NCBI RefSeq assembly: GCF_002113885.1 | Contig: NW_018408896.1 | Coordinates: forward strand, 186,001-250,000 | DNA from: Mizuhopecten yessoensis | Lineage: Eukaryota | Length of the DNA stretch: 64,000 nt | Direction of reading: 5' to 3' | In this document: positions 26,893 to 40,884 of the stretch, in pieces | Position numbering within the stretch: the stretch's first letter is position 1 | Layout: every line of letters begins with the position of its first letter | The notes under the pieces: model-generated | Database searches by the model: none | What the model was told of the DNA's origin: nothing | The model's input: only the letters and a program-made list of their open reading frames with translations | Translations under genes and position numbers: made by a program

Positions 26893-27075
26893 TTACAGCT
26901 ATATTTGGACCTAAACAAAGGTGTTCAGAGTAATTTTACATGTTTTCAGGGTTTAGGTCGACTTTCGGTAAAAATGACTCCGCTCTTGGGGGTGGTATTT
27001 TTTTACCGAAAGTCAATCTAAACGACTAAAACATGTAAAATTACTCTGAACATGTAGGTCCAAATATAGCTGTAA
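26893..27075. mobile_element. Foldback/MITE-like inverted repeat (degenerate relative at ~27580-27700)
   Basis: TTACAGCTATATTTGGACCTA...TGTTCAGAGTAATTTTACATG versus CATGTAAAATTACTCTGAACA...TAGGTCCAAATATAGCTGTAA. Confidence 0.65.
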
Positions 27076-28559
27076 CAATTGTCCAGGTCCCTGTGCACGT
27101 GTGCTCCTCAGGGCACGTGGGCACGCAGCTACTATTAATATTGATCTTGTTAATTTAACTAGACTTTCAGTCGATTGTTACGCTAGGCCTCTGACCCAGC
27201 GACAAGATCAGTAGTATTAGTAGCTGCGTGCCCCTGTGTTCGGTAACGGATGCGAGTGTACACCAGTGACTTCCTACCGGGCAGCTTGACGAACACACAG
27301 AGTCATCTAGGTCTACCGTCACAAATAATACAGGCCTGCATGTCCAAGATCTGTGGCTAAACTGTAACAACAAAAGAGTTTAGTTTGCAAAAAAAAAGCT
27401 CACCTTAGTTACCTTTGATTAGGTAATCCTCGGGCACGTGACACAAAAAGGTGTCCTGACTTTGTCCGGAACGTAAGTCTATGCACAGATCTGTTAGAGT
27501 TGTCTTTCCTTGAACATGTTACTAGCACTAGTGACCTGATATTTTGTCACGTTCAGCACAGGCACTAGACGACGCTATAGTGTTCAGAGTAATTATACAT
27601 AAGTTATAACACGGACTTTGATAGCAATCGACTTCCGTGCATATTTAATTATTATATCATCAGCGGGGTGGTATTTTTACCGAAAGTAGATGACCCTTTT
27701 CAACTTCAATGTATTTCACCACAAATTCAATATATCGCAGGAATAAATGCTAGCTGCGTTAGGCTCTTGTTAGCTAGGTCTAATATGTGTATTCATACTT
27801 GTGCAGCTGTGATTATGGACATGATCGATATTTTTGACAGTACAAATCTATGTTGTCATAACGCATCATACATACAATTTGCATAAATTTATATCAATTC
27901 TATAGGTTTTTTTTAAATCCAACTCTTAACATAATATAAGATTGAGAGGGTGCATCATAGCATGAAAAAAGTGCCGTTTAAATATATTTCGGACAATCAG
28001 GACATAATTTTATTCTTCTTCTATTCTAATTCAGTTGGGAAAAAATGTTTTCTTTCAATAGACCTATGCGTATGTATTTGCCAGTTTCTCTACTCAAATA
28101 GGCGATAACTAGCAGTAATCAGAATCCAAATATATTTATTTATTTACATGGTTATATATTATATTACAGCGTTAGTTAATTAACAATGTTCATATGAGGC
28201 TATATCTTTATCTGTATAATACTGGGAGAAACCTCCAAATCTAGTATATTTCCAGGGCTGGAGGAGTGCGCTTTGCAGTTAATTCGTTGATAATAAAATT
28301 TCAAACGTTTTTACCAGATCCTCTGGGAGGTTGTTCTGGTCAGTGATGGTACGTGGACAGAATGAGTTCTTATATGTGTCAGTATTACACTGAAACTACC
28401 GAAACTTTTCACCGTAGTTTCCTCTGGTCCGATTATTTGATGCAGTCGAGACTTGGTTTACCTTCGAAATCAGCCGTGTGTATCTGACGATGCAATATCT
28501 GCCGGGAAAACTGAATATATAAAATCTCATAAATATTGTAAGTATATTATATATGACAG

Positions 28560-29107
28560 TTTTATCTAAATTCGGTATAGTTACAAACTACAAAACATAA
28601 GCTCTAATGAGCTTTTAACCGAATACATACAAGCATAATTATACAACAACATAAAATCAAAATCACGAAGGCAAACTAAAAATAGAGAAAGCACACATAA
28701 AAAATAAGCAAGCACTAAAAATGGCAGAGCAATTTATATGCAATATAAATGGACAATAATAACACAAAGGCACATTGAAATTAACTGAAAGCTTATCTAC
28801 ATGCAGAACAGCGGCATTCTGAACCATTCCAGGACTGTATAAGAATCTTGAAATGAGAGAAACTGTTTTCCGTCCTGACATGGTCCGGAAGACTGTTCCA
28901 CAATGTAGCAGCAGCAAATTAAAAACTTTTCTTACCATAGGTTGTAGTTCTTATATTTGGAATGTCCAATATATTATTATATCTGAAAAAATATTTAGAT
29001 TGTTTTACCTTTAATAAATCTTGTAAACATACAGGTGACAACTTATTTACAATTCTAAAAGTTTCAATTGCCATTGTTCTCATTCTTCTGACTTGCAGGG
29101 AAGGCAT
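28560..29107 (-). mobile_element. LINE 3' fragment (CR1/L2 group) with C-terminal CxCxxC
   Basis: PSLQVRRMRTMAIETFRIVNKLSPVCL...RTTTYGKKSF / AAATLWNSLPDHVR...WNGSECRCSACR*. Confidence 0.75.
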
Positions 29108-30049
29108 CAGATGTCACCAGATCAAAATCCAACGAATGGCGACTATGTGTTCGACAGGGTCCGAGGTATTGTTTACACAACACACGTGTTTTCTTCTTAA
29201 TTAATAAAGAGATATTCCATTCTCTGTTTCAAAGTTTGAAATCGGTGCCGAATGAAGACGTGCTCAACCAGGAGACGACTACAAGTGGCTACAAATAGTT
29301 AGGACTGTATATTAAAAAATACATATTTTGGAGTCTTTTTTCTTTGGATTCCCTTCTTTTATCTGGGAAAATAATGCACTAAAACAGAAACGTGACCAAA
29401 GTCAACATTTACGTTACGTGTTTCCCAAGTGATGTGATCCCTTATCCTCACATATCCCACCCTTTTCTTTCGTAGCTTTTCTTTAATTAATCCTTTAAAA
29501 TCCATTTATAGTAGTTAAAATTTGAACATCTACAATAACGTACACAAATTAACCATTATTATATACATGCATTCATGTCTTTGGATTTCCTAAGACTTGA
29601 AGATATTCCCCTCGAAATTTAAGCCAGCTGATGCAATTACAGTTTGTAAAAGGTCTGATGACATTGTTCCCATCAAAATCCCACGAAACAAAAATTGGAA
29701 TCTAGAGTATCTTTGTTAGAAGCTACAATTATAAAACCATTTACAACGTATCTGTTTGCAACGTATCTGGTCGTCAAAACTGTTTACGTTAGCAAAGTTA
29801 AATTCATTCGGTATTCGCTTTAAATTTACACATTGTACAGCAATGTTATACTTCAGTTTTATCGTATTAGCTATAAAAAGTTCCCACGACAATGAGTAGT
29901 TTTATTAGACAAATACAGGTCACGGATCTGTTGAAATTTTAACGGACAAACCACGAATACTGAGTTTCATGCAGAACACTAGATATACAATGTATGCTTA
30001 CGGAATTAATGTCGATGGATTTATATGCGATGCTAGATGACACAAATAA

Positions 30050-30810
30050 CAGATAACAGGACCAATTTGATATGGAATATATCTGGGTTTCATGAATGCC
30101 CTCGATAAGGTGCCACATCAGAGGCTATTACAAAATATCAGCTTAATGGCAACCAAGTGTTGATTCTCAGCAGCAGTCGCCAAAAGTGATAGTCTTTGGC
30201 CATATTTGGATATATGGTGCATTATCTGGAAAATATTCGGTTTGGAGTGGCTTTCCCCAGGCAAGTGTATTTGGTCCAGCCCTGTTCGCTGTTCCTTTTA
30301 ATGAACCGACAGAAATTATTGTATCCCTGTCGATACTATATGAAGACGACACCGTGAATATTAGATAGGCAGACAAAGAGAAGGAATAATATTCAAATTA
30401 TGCAAAAAGATCTGGATGAGCTTCAAAATTGGTCAAATCTAGAAATTAGATTAGGTGGAAGTCCGTGGTCAAATATATGGTTACTAAAGTTCCATCCAAG
30501 TAAGTGCGAAATACTATCAGTTAAACAACAGAATTAGATTATCTAAGTCCGTGGTTTAACCCAAAGAAAAGAGGAATTATATCATTTCTTCTTCTTCTTT
30601 TTCTTCTTCTTCTTCTTATGGTGTACATCAGTCAAGTACATTTCAAGACTGGGAGAATATTCAGTTCGAAAATATATCATCTGAAATGACGACCTGTATG
30701 TGACTATAAGCATTTAAACTTTCGTGCTCGTATACTGTCAATTGCCAACAAAGCGAACAGTACAACAGGATTAATCAGAAGAACATTTGCATATTTAAAC
30801 GGAACACCTA
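30050..30810 (+). mobile_element. Highly decayed CR1 RT fragment
   Basis: DKVPHQRLL and SGFPQASVFGPALF...LYEDDT resemble RT motifs; many stops and frameshifts. Confidence 0.65.
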
Positions 30811-31239
30811 ACATGTATTTAATGTCACGAACGATATATACGATCAAACGTCGTCGCTTAGACGTGATGAAACATTACTTCACTTAACTGATTTGCAGAT
30901 GTAGGGTAGGCCTATAGTATAGATTTGCTTAAACACGTTATAAAATTGAAATGCTGCTTCAGTTTAACAGTTTGAATTCGATTCTAGTTGAACATTGGGA
31001 AAGTAGACAAAAACTCAATAATTTAATACTTTTCATGAAATTATACACCTAAGATTTTATCATGATATTGATAGGGACAAAGGGGCTTTCAAACTGCGTC
31101 AGTCGTGTTTCTTATATCAAATACGATGAAATTGTAGAAAATATCTTTTTATCTTTTTCACTCTTGACCTGCAAATATTACTGGTGTGTCACCTTTGAAA
31201 CACTGACTCAGCGTTACCTCCCTTAGAACCGCTCTCAAT

Positions 31240-34200
31240 ATGGCGTCAAGCTCACTTCTTCGTGGTTGCGGAGGTAAATTATGTTGTGATAAGACAATTT
31301 TGCGCTTTTAAAAAAGTCGTCACACTAACTGGTTGTGATATATATGAAATGCTTATAATGCCAAACTTTTCTCGTCCATTGTTATACTCGTAGAATCAAA
31401 ATGCCGGTCATTTATTTCATGTCTAGCAAGAAAGTTCAAGGTCATGTTTTCCAAAATGAATCCCAATGCAGACGTTCAGCTGTCGTTTCGGTTCATAAGC
31501 AACTAGTAGTTTATATTATAAATATGCATGTGTGTTTGGATGTGTCTGAGCCCTGAAGTGAGATTTGCAGAATAAATGAAACATCAATGTTCTATACATT
31601 GCTTATCAACAATGCTTTAATAGATTTAATTTCATTGATGATCTGATCATCTCAATATCATGAAAAGTCAGTTTCCAATCACTTCTTTTTCTCAACAATG
31701 ACAACATCAATTGTGTTCAATCTCATCGTTGAACGACACTACTACGTTATCTGTTTCTGTGTCCATCTTTTTTATGACACACTGCAGTCACACTATATTT
31801 TATTTATTTACTCTGATATTACTACAATCTATAGTCCAAAATTATTTCAGTATGTGTATCTGCTTCATTTTATTATCACAACAAAATGTTTGACATATAA
31901 ATTATTTACATTTAGAAAGAGTAAAGAAGGAAATCGAAAGAAAAAAGACTCAAAAAGATGTAGTTTTTAATGTATACAGCCCAAACTATTTGGTGCCGCT
32001 TGTAGTCGGACAAACGACCAGACATTATGAAAATTACTTTATGGATTTATATTTGGTCCTTACACAGACAAGCCCCTATGTATAATTAACTTCAATCTTG
32101 ATAAGATCTGCTGATTTATCACGGGCTAGGTCATGAATATTTCAATTTCATATTTAAATACTGTTTCAGATAGTTAATTAATATGATGCATTATCTTAAA
32201 TTTCAGGAGCAAGACAATTATTCTTCAGGCCAAATTCAGTACAGAAGGCCTTATCTTGCCATATTCGAAAAGACATATCTGCTAAAATCTTCTCAACCTC
32301 ATCATCAGCTTCAAGTCTAGAATATTTCCGTGCAAGAAGAGGGCCATTTACACCAGGTAAATATATTACAGGACTTGTCATCAATGTTGAATATATTAAA
32401 TATTATGTCCATTAAGATAGTAGTGCCAATTTTTTAAGCCATTTGCATGTGGGAGAATCTTTTCTACAGTGGAACTTCAATGAATTGTTTAAATGATTTA
32501 TTCTGACATGGGCAACTAGACTGTATACTACTTGCAAAAATGCATTTACCGTCATAGTGTATCCATGTGAGCAAATTATCATTTGATTACTTATAATTAA
32601 AAGAATTCATCATAGAATATTGATTTTATCTTGGAAAGGGACATAACAATAGAATTTTCATAATTTAATATTTAAGGTGGCTCCACACATCGTCATCAGC
32701 GTCCTTTTTCGTGATGTACTTCCGGAAAAAGTACACCTCGGACTCGATTATCTTGATCGAAATGTGCATGTACACCGTGTCGTCATTTCCGGTATCGGGC
32801 ATTCAATATCGTAGTGCAAAATATAGTTACACCTGGGCTGTTTTCGTTTATTAACGTTCAAACCGATCGGACCCCTGTTGTTCGTTTATCAAATAAGGTC
32901 AGACCTAGTAATCTGATGCTGCTTTCAGGCGAGCCTTGAGAATGCCTTGCAAGGCCTGCATACACATTTGCAGGTTTGCCAGGATTTATACCCAAAATTG
33001 TTTCAATTTATAAACGGTCAAACCGGTTGTTCCGCATAAACGAACAGGCCCCTGGTAAACAATAGGACATGTGCGTGCCGATGATATGTCAACACCCGAT
33101 ATCAAGATTTTACCGGGAAATGTAAAATCACACGTACTTCAGGAATAAAGCTTTCCAATTCATAGACACAAACAGACTCACGGGAAGACAGTGAAATGAG
33201 ACCAGATGACCTCAAGAAGGTCATATAGGAAACACATGGAATGCGGACGTACCGACCTCACATGTGCATATCACGTGCTTACACGAGGTCATAAGCTCGA
33301 GGTCGTTATAATTTTCGCTGTTGAGATAGTTGCGCTCTGTCGATTAAATCGTGTTTACAAATGTTGTCTGCTTACTCTGTGAAAATAATGTTTTGTAAAA
33401 TATCAAGATCCCTATGAAATGCGTGTGTGAGTGCGATAGCCTCTGGTCACATATGTACCTGACAGGTATTTATATCTGGTCACATATGTACCTGACAGGT
33501 ATTTATATCTGGTCACATATGTACCTGAGAGGTATTTATATCTGGTCACATATGTACCTGACAGGTATTTATATCTGGTCACATATGTACCTGACAGGTA
33601 TTTATATCTGGTCACATATGTACCTGACAGGTATTTATAAATATACCGTTAGTTAGCAGACTGTGGAATGATGTCCAAAGTGTACATGACTGAGGGTAAT
33701 TTGGTTCTATTAAAGAACAATAAATTGATAATTTTGATATCATATTTTTGATTTATTTCCATCATTTTTGTTATATGTAAACAGAGACAACTGTCATTGT
33801 GTAAATTTCATCCCTCTGCAAAGAGTTCCGATTTTTTTCAAGGAAGATAATTCTCACCCGGATCAAAGTGATTGTAAAATGTAAAATAAATTAATTATAA
33901 AGCCATTGTGTATATTTTGTTCAATTTCCCACTCTCTATGTATAGATCTTTGTGTCCTGTTTGCATTTAGCTTGTAGATAATCACTTTTATCCGTACAAA
34001 TTCAATAAAAAACACTTTGTGTAACATGTGTTACATATTTTGCGATAAATAATATATTTGAAGAATTAATTAGTAATGCTTCTTTTCATTTTTTGATTGT
34101 TGTTATTTTCCCGAACAATGCCATTCACAAAAAAAACGGAAAATATTAAAATTGACGAAAATTCAATTTTTTGGTATTTTTTCCAAAAAAGTCCCAAAAA

Positions 34201-35935
34201 TATTGGAATGTTTAGATTTTCATAAAATCAACTCTACATAGTTGCATAACCATTATATGAAAGTTTCAACGAATTTTGATGGTTAATTGCGAAAGTGTGG
34301 AGCCACCTTAAGATGGGATTACAGTTAAACCTAAACCTGCAAGCACCTGTATAAAGATTCCACTTTCAAAGTTCCTCGTTAGATTGATTTCATTGTCAAC
34401 TTAACCTGTATTAAATTATAAGAGACGTACCACCTGTGTTAAGAGACCTCTTTTTTTATTGGTCTTTAAATACAGATTTGCCCGTATATATTGCAGTATT
34501 TATTTTTAAATCAGACAGCAGTCTTTCCAAATAGTAATACTTCACACCATTATGGCTTAGTACATGTATACAAAATTTACTATCACCCATAATAAAAGGT
34601 TATGAATGTTTGAGAAGACATTGGATGATTGATGTAAATGAAACACTGATACCTCTTGATTTAGTGGTACTGTGCACTGCATGCGTATCCATCCATTAAG
34701 TTAAGTTTGAGGTTTGGTCATGATATTGATATGATTGTTCCAGTCTAAAACAGGCAAGCTTAAGGTGAAATTGCCCAAAATGGGTGGGAAAATGTATTTT
34801 AGACTGCTAATTTTCCTTTCTTTTCTTTTTTTTTACAGAGGAGAAACAGCATGGACACTCCATGTTGGCCTCCACTCACTGGAAGATAGAAAGAGTGGTA
34901 GCCATCTCGATGTTACCAATTCTGCCTGCCTGTATCTATCTTGGAGGCCCAGTCTCCGACTTCATCATAACTACCACAGTGTTAGCTCATGGCCATTGGT
35001 AGGTTTCCATTAATTTATACATGCAGTTATAAACTTAGGTTAGAAGTAAATCTAGCTTTGATCTTTTACTGCATACAGCTTTGAATGTTTTGTTCTGTGG
35101 TAGTTTGTTTCAGTTTGTCTGAATGGGTGCCTTGTTTATTTTAGATTTGGAAATTCTTCATACCGTAATTATTTGTAAACAATTTTTGTTCTCTGATTTT
35201 TTTTCCTGAATTTAAATTTATGCAAATATATTCAATAAATTTTTGTGTTATTTCAACTTTCCTGGTCTCTGACACAGATTCAGCTGTTACTTCCTTTTCA
35301 GAAGTAGATATTTGGCCAGAAAGTTCATTTAAGCTAAACATTTGCTTGTAATCTCAGTTTTTCAGAGAGTTTTATCTTCTATATTAGACTTAATTTATGC
35401 ATTTATCAGCACTTTTTATTTATAATATTACTTACTTTTTGAATACGTGAAGTATAGTCTCAAGGTAAGAATTGATCAGGCCTCTTTTTGATTATTAGTT
35501 TATTCTTTTCAGTTGTTGACATATGTAAAATGGTTTAATTGATTCTTTTTTCTCAGATGTTTTTATGACCATAGCTGTTAAAAGAACTTAAAACACAAAC
35601 AAACCAAATCTCAGATGTTTCCATTTTAAACGCTCAATGTTTGTTTTGAGCACAACTTAATTTGTTAGCTTTCCAACACATTTTTTTCCTTTGCAATGAG
35701 TGGAAATGCATTTATTATTCATACTTTTTCCAACCTGATGAATCACATTCAAAATATGTTTCCATTTCCTTCCAGGGGTGTTCATGGAGTGCTAACAGAT
35801 TACGTTGAGAAGTTCTTTCCACCTGTCCAGTACTTATGGTACATTATTTCGATCCTGGGCTTTGCAGGCATGATGCATTTTAACTACAATGATGTTGGAA
35901 TCACCAAGGCTATTGCCATGTTCTGGTCCCTGTGA
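31240..35935 (+). CDS. SDHD: Succinate dehydrogenase cytochrome b small subunit, mitochondrial (167 aa)
   Basis: Exons 31240-31273, 32207-32356, 34839-34998, 35776-35935 (all GT-AG, 504 nt): Arg/Ser-rich transit peptide, ASTHWKIERVVA, LAHGHWG, LTDYV, YNDVGITKAIAMFWSL*; AATAAA at ~35955. Confidence 0.95.
32676..34307. mobile_element. Non-autonomous Kolobok-type DNA transposon in SDHD intron 2
   Basis: TTAA|GGTGGCTCCACAC...GTGTGGAGCCACC|TTAA: 13-bp perfect TIR, TTAA TSD and purine-purine start. Confidence 0.85.
33443..33638. repeat. 33-bp tandem repeat x6 inside the Kolobok element
   Basis: Unit TCTGGTCACATATGTACCTGACAGGTATTTATA. Confidence 0.95.
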
Positions 35936-37485
35936 TAAGACTTACTGACATAATAATAAACATGCTTGTATTCAGTGTAAAAACAAGGCAAATGTGATGA
36001 AAGGAACGGCATTTTCTAGAAAGACAGAAGACACTGCATCAAATTAGGGAGAAATCCATAAAAAATGGATGTTACTTTTCAAATTTCACATGACTTTTTT
36101 GCAATCTGTGGCAATAGAGGCTATTTTAAGATTGGAAAGGTCACTTGCATTCATCATGATGTATCCACCTGGCCATGATAAAATGTAACAAGGAATTTTG
36201 ATATGCAAACAATGCATTGTTGTACATGTACTGGCCATGCTTTTCCTTTGCTGTTTATGAGGAAATAATTAGTGGATTTTTTTGTGCAAATCTGATTATT
36301 TCTAAGCTTTGCAGACTTTGAATGATTTTGGGATCTGAAATACATATAGATCACACCTAAACTGAATAAAACTAGGATTTTTGGGACTAACACACTTTTA
36401 AATATACATAAATTTTAAGAAAGAAGTTATTGTCCTTTTCACAATATCTGATTTGGTTATTTATTATAAATGCCATTTGTAGAATTCCAGTCTGAATTCT
36501 AGTTCCGTGATTTTCTGTTGGACAAATAAAATTTGTTCTCTAACTATATGTTGTACATAATAAAGGAAATTTAAGTATCTATGTGTTGTCTCATTTATTG
36601 AATTGTGTACACCATTAATACATGAAGCACCTTTTTGTATCGTCCACAATCGATTATAAGATCACGTTGCCAAAGACTAGTTTCTTCCAACTCTTTCTCT
36701 TCCTGTTAATCTATTTACCATGGATGCAAAGAATGATTAAAACACGTCACTTTCATTAACAACATACATTGTATGGCACTCGGATCAAGTCAAAAGACTT
36801 AATTCAGGATTACTGAAGACATTTGTAATGAATTTGGTATGTGACAACCCCGGACAAGGGGTTTAAATTTGGATGGTGTGCCCCAACCCCCTGTGAGAAT
36901 GTCCCAATAATGGAAATTGAGGTGCATATATAAGCTTTAAAATTATGGTTCTTCTAATGCGATTGACCATTTATTGGGCAGAATTTGACAAAATTTGATG
37001 AGAAGAATCGTTGGACCAATGGGATTAAACTTTGTACAAAGAGTATCCTTTTTTTGGATTTGAAGGGTAGTGATAAGAAGAACATGTGCATTCATACAAC
37101 TGAATTATTTAGTTTTAAGTATGTTCTTAAATAGTTTATTTGTTCTTTTGAAGTTTTTATCTGACGTAGGTACACAAAACAGAGCAGTTTAAGCTTATAT
37201 GTATGACCCCAAAAAAAGGTATGTGGTTGAGACTTAAAAACAATTTCTCTGTGGAACTATAGTGATGGTGTGTGCCCTGTAGATGGCTGTAATAATGGCC
37301 TTCCGAGTTGGTTCAATATTGATCACTGGACCACTTTCAAAGCCTCTTAACACAATTAACCCCTATGACTCTAAACATTGGCCATGGTTATTTATTGCAT
37401 TATATGATCGGGTAACAAGTAATCCTTTGACCAAGAAAGTCATTACCAACCAGTATACAGGGCGATTGAAGAATAGGGGAAACTA

Positions 37486-37722
37486 AGAATAGGTGTCAAT
37501 CCCAACAATCAGGGATCAGTTGAATTTTCTTTATTAGGATACGTCTAGCGGTTCACGTCACAATCAACAATAAAAATGTGCCCCAAATTTTAGTACTTCA
37601 GGGGACAAATTCTGTCATTTAATCGTCCTGAAGAAGTCCACTGTTCGGGTGAAACCGGTAGACTATCCTTATAAAGAAAATTTAACTGATCCCAAGCTTG
37701 TTGCGGTTGACACCTATTCTAA
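37486..37722. mobile_element. Penelope-like element remnant with inverted arms
   Basis: AGAATAGGTGTCAA...GGGATCAGTT...TTTCTTTAT versus ATAAAGAAAATTTAACTGATCCC...TTGACACCTATTCT; contains a minimal hammerhead motif. Confidence 0.6.
37625..37663 (+). ncRNA. Minimal type I hammerhead ribozyme motif (Penelope type)
   Basis: GTC-CTGAAGA-A-GTCC-actgttc-GGGT-GAAA-CCG-GTA^GAC: stem I GTC/GAC, palindromic stem III. Confidence 0.55.
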
Positions 37723-37859
37723 GGATATATATTATTACTCTTTGCATCAAAAAACACAGAAGAGCTTAAATACTACCTGCCAAGGGGCACAACCTGTAAA
37801 AGGGATCATCTAGCTGTCAAGAGAAATAACATGTCTTAAGATATCATCCTGTTTTAAGA

Positions 37860-38560
37860 AATCAAGTCGAGAGATACACCTATCTGAAGAGATGAGCTGT
37901 TTATAGATATCACTTGTCTGGAGAGATCACCTGTCTATAGATAATACCTGTCTAGAGAACTCACCTGTCTATAGATATTACCTGTCTAGAGAGATCACCT
38001 ATCTATAGTTATTACCTGTCTAGAGATCTCATTTGTCTAGAGTGATCACCTATATATATATTACTGTATAGAGAACTCACCTGTCTAGGGTGATCACCTA
38101 TCTATAGATATTACCTGTCTAGAGAACTCACCTGTCTATAGATAATACCTGTCTAGAGAGATCACCTATCTATAGATATTACCTGTCTAGAGATCTCATT
38201 TGTCTAGAGTGATCACCTATATATATATTACTGTATAGAGAACTCACCTGTCTAGGGTGATTACCTGTCTAGAGAGATCACCTATCTAGATATTACCTGT
38301 CTAGAGTGATCACATTTCTCTAGATATTACCTGTCTTGAGCAATCACATGTCTATATATATATTACCTGTCTAGAGAGACCACCTGTCTATAGATATTTC
38401 CTGTCTTGATAAAACACCTTCTATAGAGATCACCTGTCTATATATATATCACTTGTCTAGAGATATCAACTGTCTAGAGCAATCACATGTCTAGAGATAT
38501 CACCTGTCTAGAGTGATTACCGGTCTATAAACATAACATTGTACCTGCCTATTAGAAATC
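37860..38560. repeat. Degenerate ~19-bp tandem repeat
   Basis: Recurrent ATCACCTGTCTAGAG / ATTACCTGTCTATAG units. Confidence 0.85.
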
Positions 38561-40728
38561 ACCTTTCTGGTCAATATAATACCAATCTGAAGAGATCTCT
38601 CGTTACAGATCACCTGTTTAATTAGATCACTCCTCTAAAGAAATCAGCTGTCTACAGGAATCACTCATCTGGAACAATCTAAATCTGTAGAATTTCAACT
38701 TTAAGATAATTGCAGCCGTTTCAGTTGACTGTGATAAGCCTCCTTAAGTTGACAAAGGACAGACTCCATGCTAGAGGTGCACTTTAACCCATTGTACTTG
38801 TAGTCAATGATCTCTTATCACCTTGTTCTGCTGTTCTGTCGCAAAGAAATAATAAATCAGTCCAACATTGATATCCTTGGTTAATATTTTATTGTTAACA
38901 AAACAGATCACATGAAGCAGTCTGGTAAGATTAATGCCTAATTTCTATATCATTGTATTTAATGGTTCATCACATCATCCTCATGCTTGTGGTTGCCTGG
39001 AAGAACAGTTAGTACAATTACATTGTACACATAAATTAACAATACTAACATAGAGATTCCACAAGTGACGGTTGTGTGTCACATTTACCTAATTCATTCT
39101 TTAATTTTCAAATTCCAAAATGGGGTTTATTGAGTGTCTAATTGAAATTTAAAAATTAAATAACAAGAGTTAGATAAATAAATATGATAACAATTGTTAC
39201 ATGCTAACTATCACTGTGTGAAAAAAGAATACCATCAAATCTCAATTTTATGAAATGTGCCAATTTCATTGGGGTTTTTTACGTTTAAACGTAATACATG
39301 TAAACCAATTTGATGATATTCACAAAATCAGTTCTTCCAATAGCATAACGTGTATGCTTTAAGATATTACAAACACTGAAGGCTGCTGTGATAAACCGCC
39401 TAATACTATAAATGTTTTAAGAGGCTCAGATCACAGCAACTTTCAATGGTTTTAAATAGACATTTAGATAAACTGGCTTTGTCCTGTGCTTTCTATAAAA
39501 CAATTAATCAATTTAAGTCACAGGGATTTGACTTTGCATTTGGCAATTAATGATGTAATTGTATTCGCTGTAAAATAACATCAAATGATTGTATGAAAAT
39601 TAGATAACAATCAAAATAATCTTTGATTATGACACTTAAAAAATATCTGATATTGCTTAGATAATGAACTTGTTATTAAAATTGAAGTGTAATTATATTC
39701 ACATCCTTGATATATTTCAGGGGTTACATTCACTTAGGCTTTCTGCGAAGAATATGTAGGTAGACCGGAATGCAACCCTTGGCCAGGGAAGATGTATTAT
39801 ATTCATGGAGGATTCATTTTTGCTAAAAACATTCATGGCCTGAAAAAATACACAATGATACAAATTTTTACTCATTGCTTTTCTGTTTGAAAACTGGTAT
39901 GAACTACTGACATTTAAATCTGGCAAATTTGTGTCAGAAACAAAATGAGAAATTTTGACACTGTTTTACACTTCAAACAACACTGAAGTTAAAAACCTGC
40001 ATGTTTAACTTTGCTTTCATACCTGTGATTTCCATGGAAACACAGCGTCATCATCAAAGAAAACAGTCTTTGTTTTATAATTAAGGAATATGACCTTGTC
40101 TGTTACATTACTTTATGCGAGGGACAAAAATAAATTATATCAGTGTCATTCCTAAGTAAGTTGTAACAGTTCAAGTAAAAACACTACAAAATATAGGGTT
40201 GATATATGAGTTTGTTAATATATTAATTTTTATATTAATGTGTATGCTTGGTTAATAATATACTGTGTTCATTTTAAAGATGTTCCACATTGCAATTCTG
40301 TTTTGAAAATATATTTGATTTTAAAATGTCAATGAGTTTTATAACCATTATCTATAAAATCATACCACTATTTTTCTAAAGATCATGATTAATCATATAT
40401 ACACTGAATATGTACATTAATGAAATGTATTTACGAATCAGATCTATATCTCTTGAGATTAATGTTACACTGGCTTGTATCGAGTGCAATAATCATTCAT
40501 GAATGATAAAAAATCCAAAAGAAAAGCACAAGTTCTGGTGACAAGTTTGTCTTCCTTGAAAGATCACTTAATGACGCATTTGTGCTCACTTGGTACATGT
40601 AACAGTTTAGCTGAATTACTTGTCAATCTACACTTCTGTTTATTGCAATAAAATTTGTTGATCCACTTAACAAAAAAAGCAGAGGCACTGCAGCACTTCA
40701 TGCCAACATTAGGCTTCAGACAAACTAT

Positions 40729-40884
40729 TGTAACAGGAAAGAGAATAGTGTCCTTCCACTGGGGATCGAACCCTCGATCTCCAGGTTCCTAGTCGGACGC
40801 TCTACCACTGAGCTAAAGGGAGATTCCCTCTAGCTCGAAGCTAGAAGGCGACCTTAATCCTATGTACAATTGAACCCTGCCACA
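40729..40884. mobile_element. Solo LTR (TG...CA, 4-bp TSD) containing a tRNA-like cassette
   Basis: CTAT|TGTAACAGG...CCTGCCACA|CTAT; minus strand reads TAGCTCAGTGGTAGAGCG...GGGTTCGATCCC. Confidence 0.75.
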
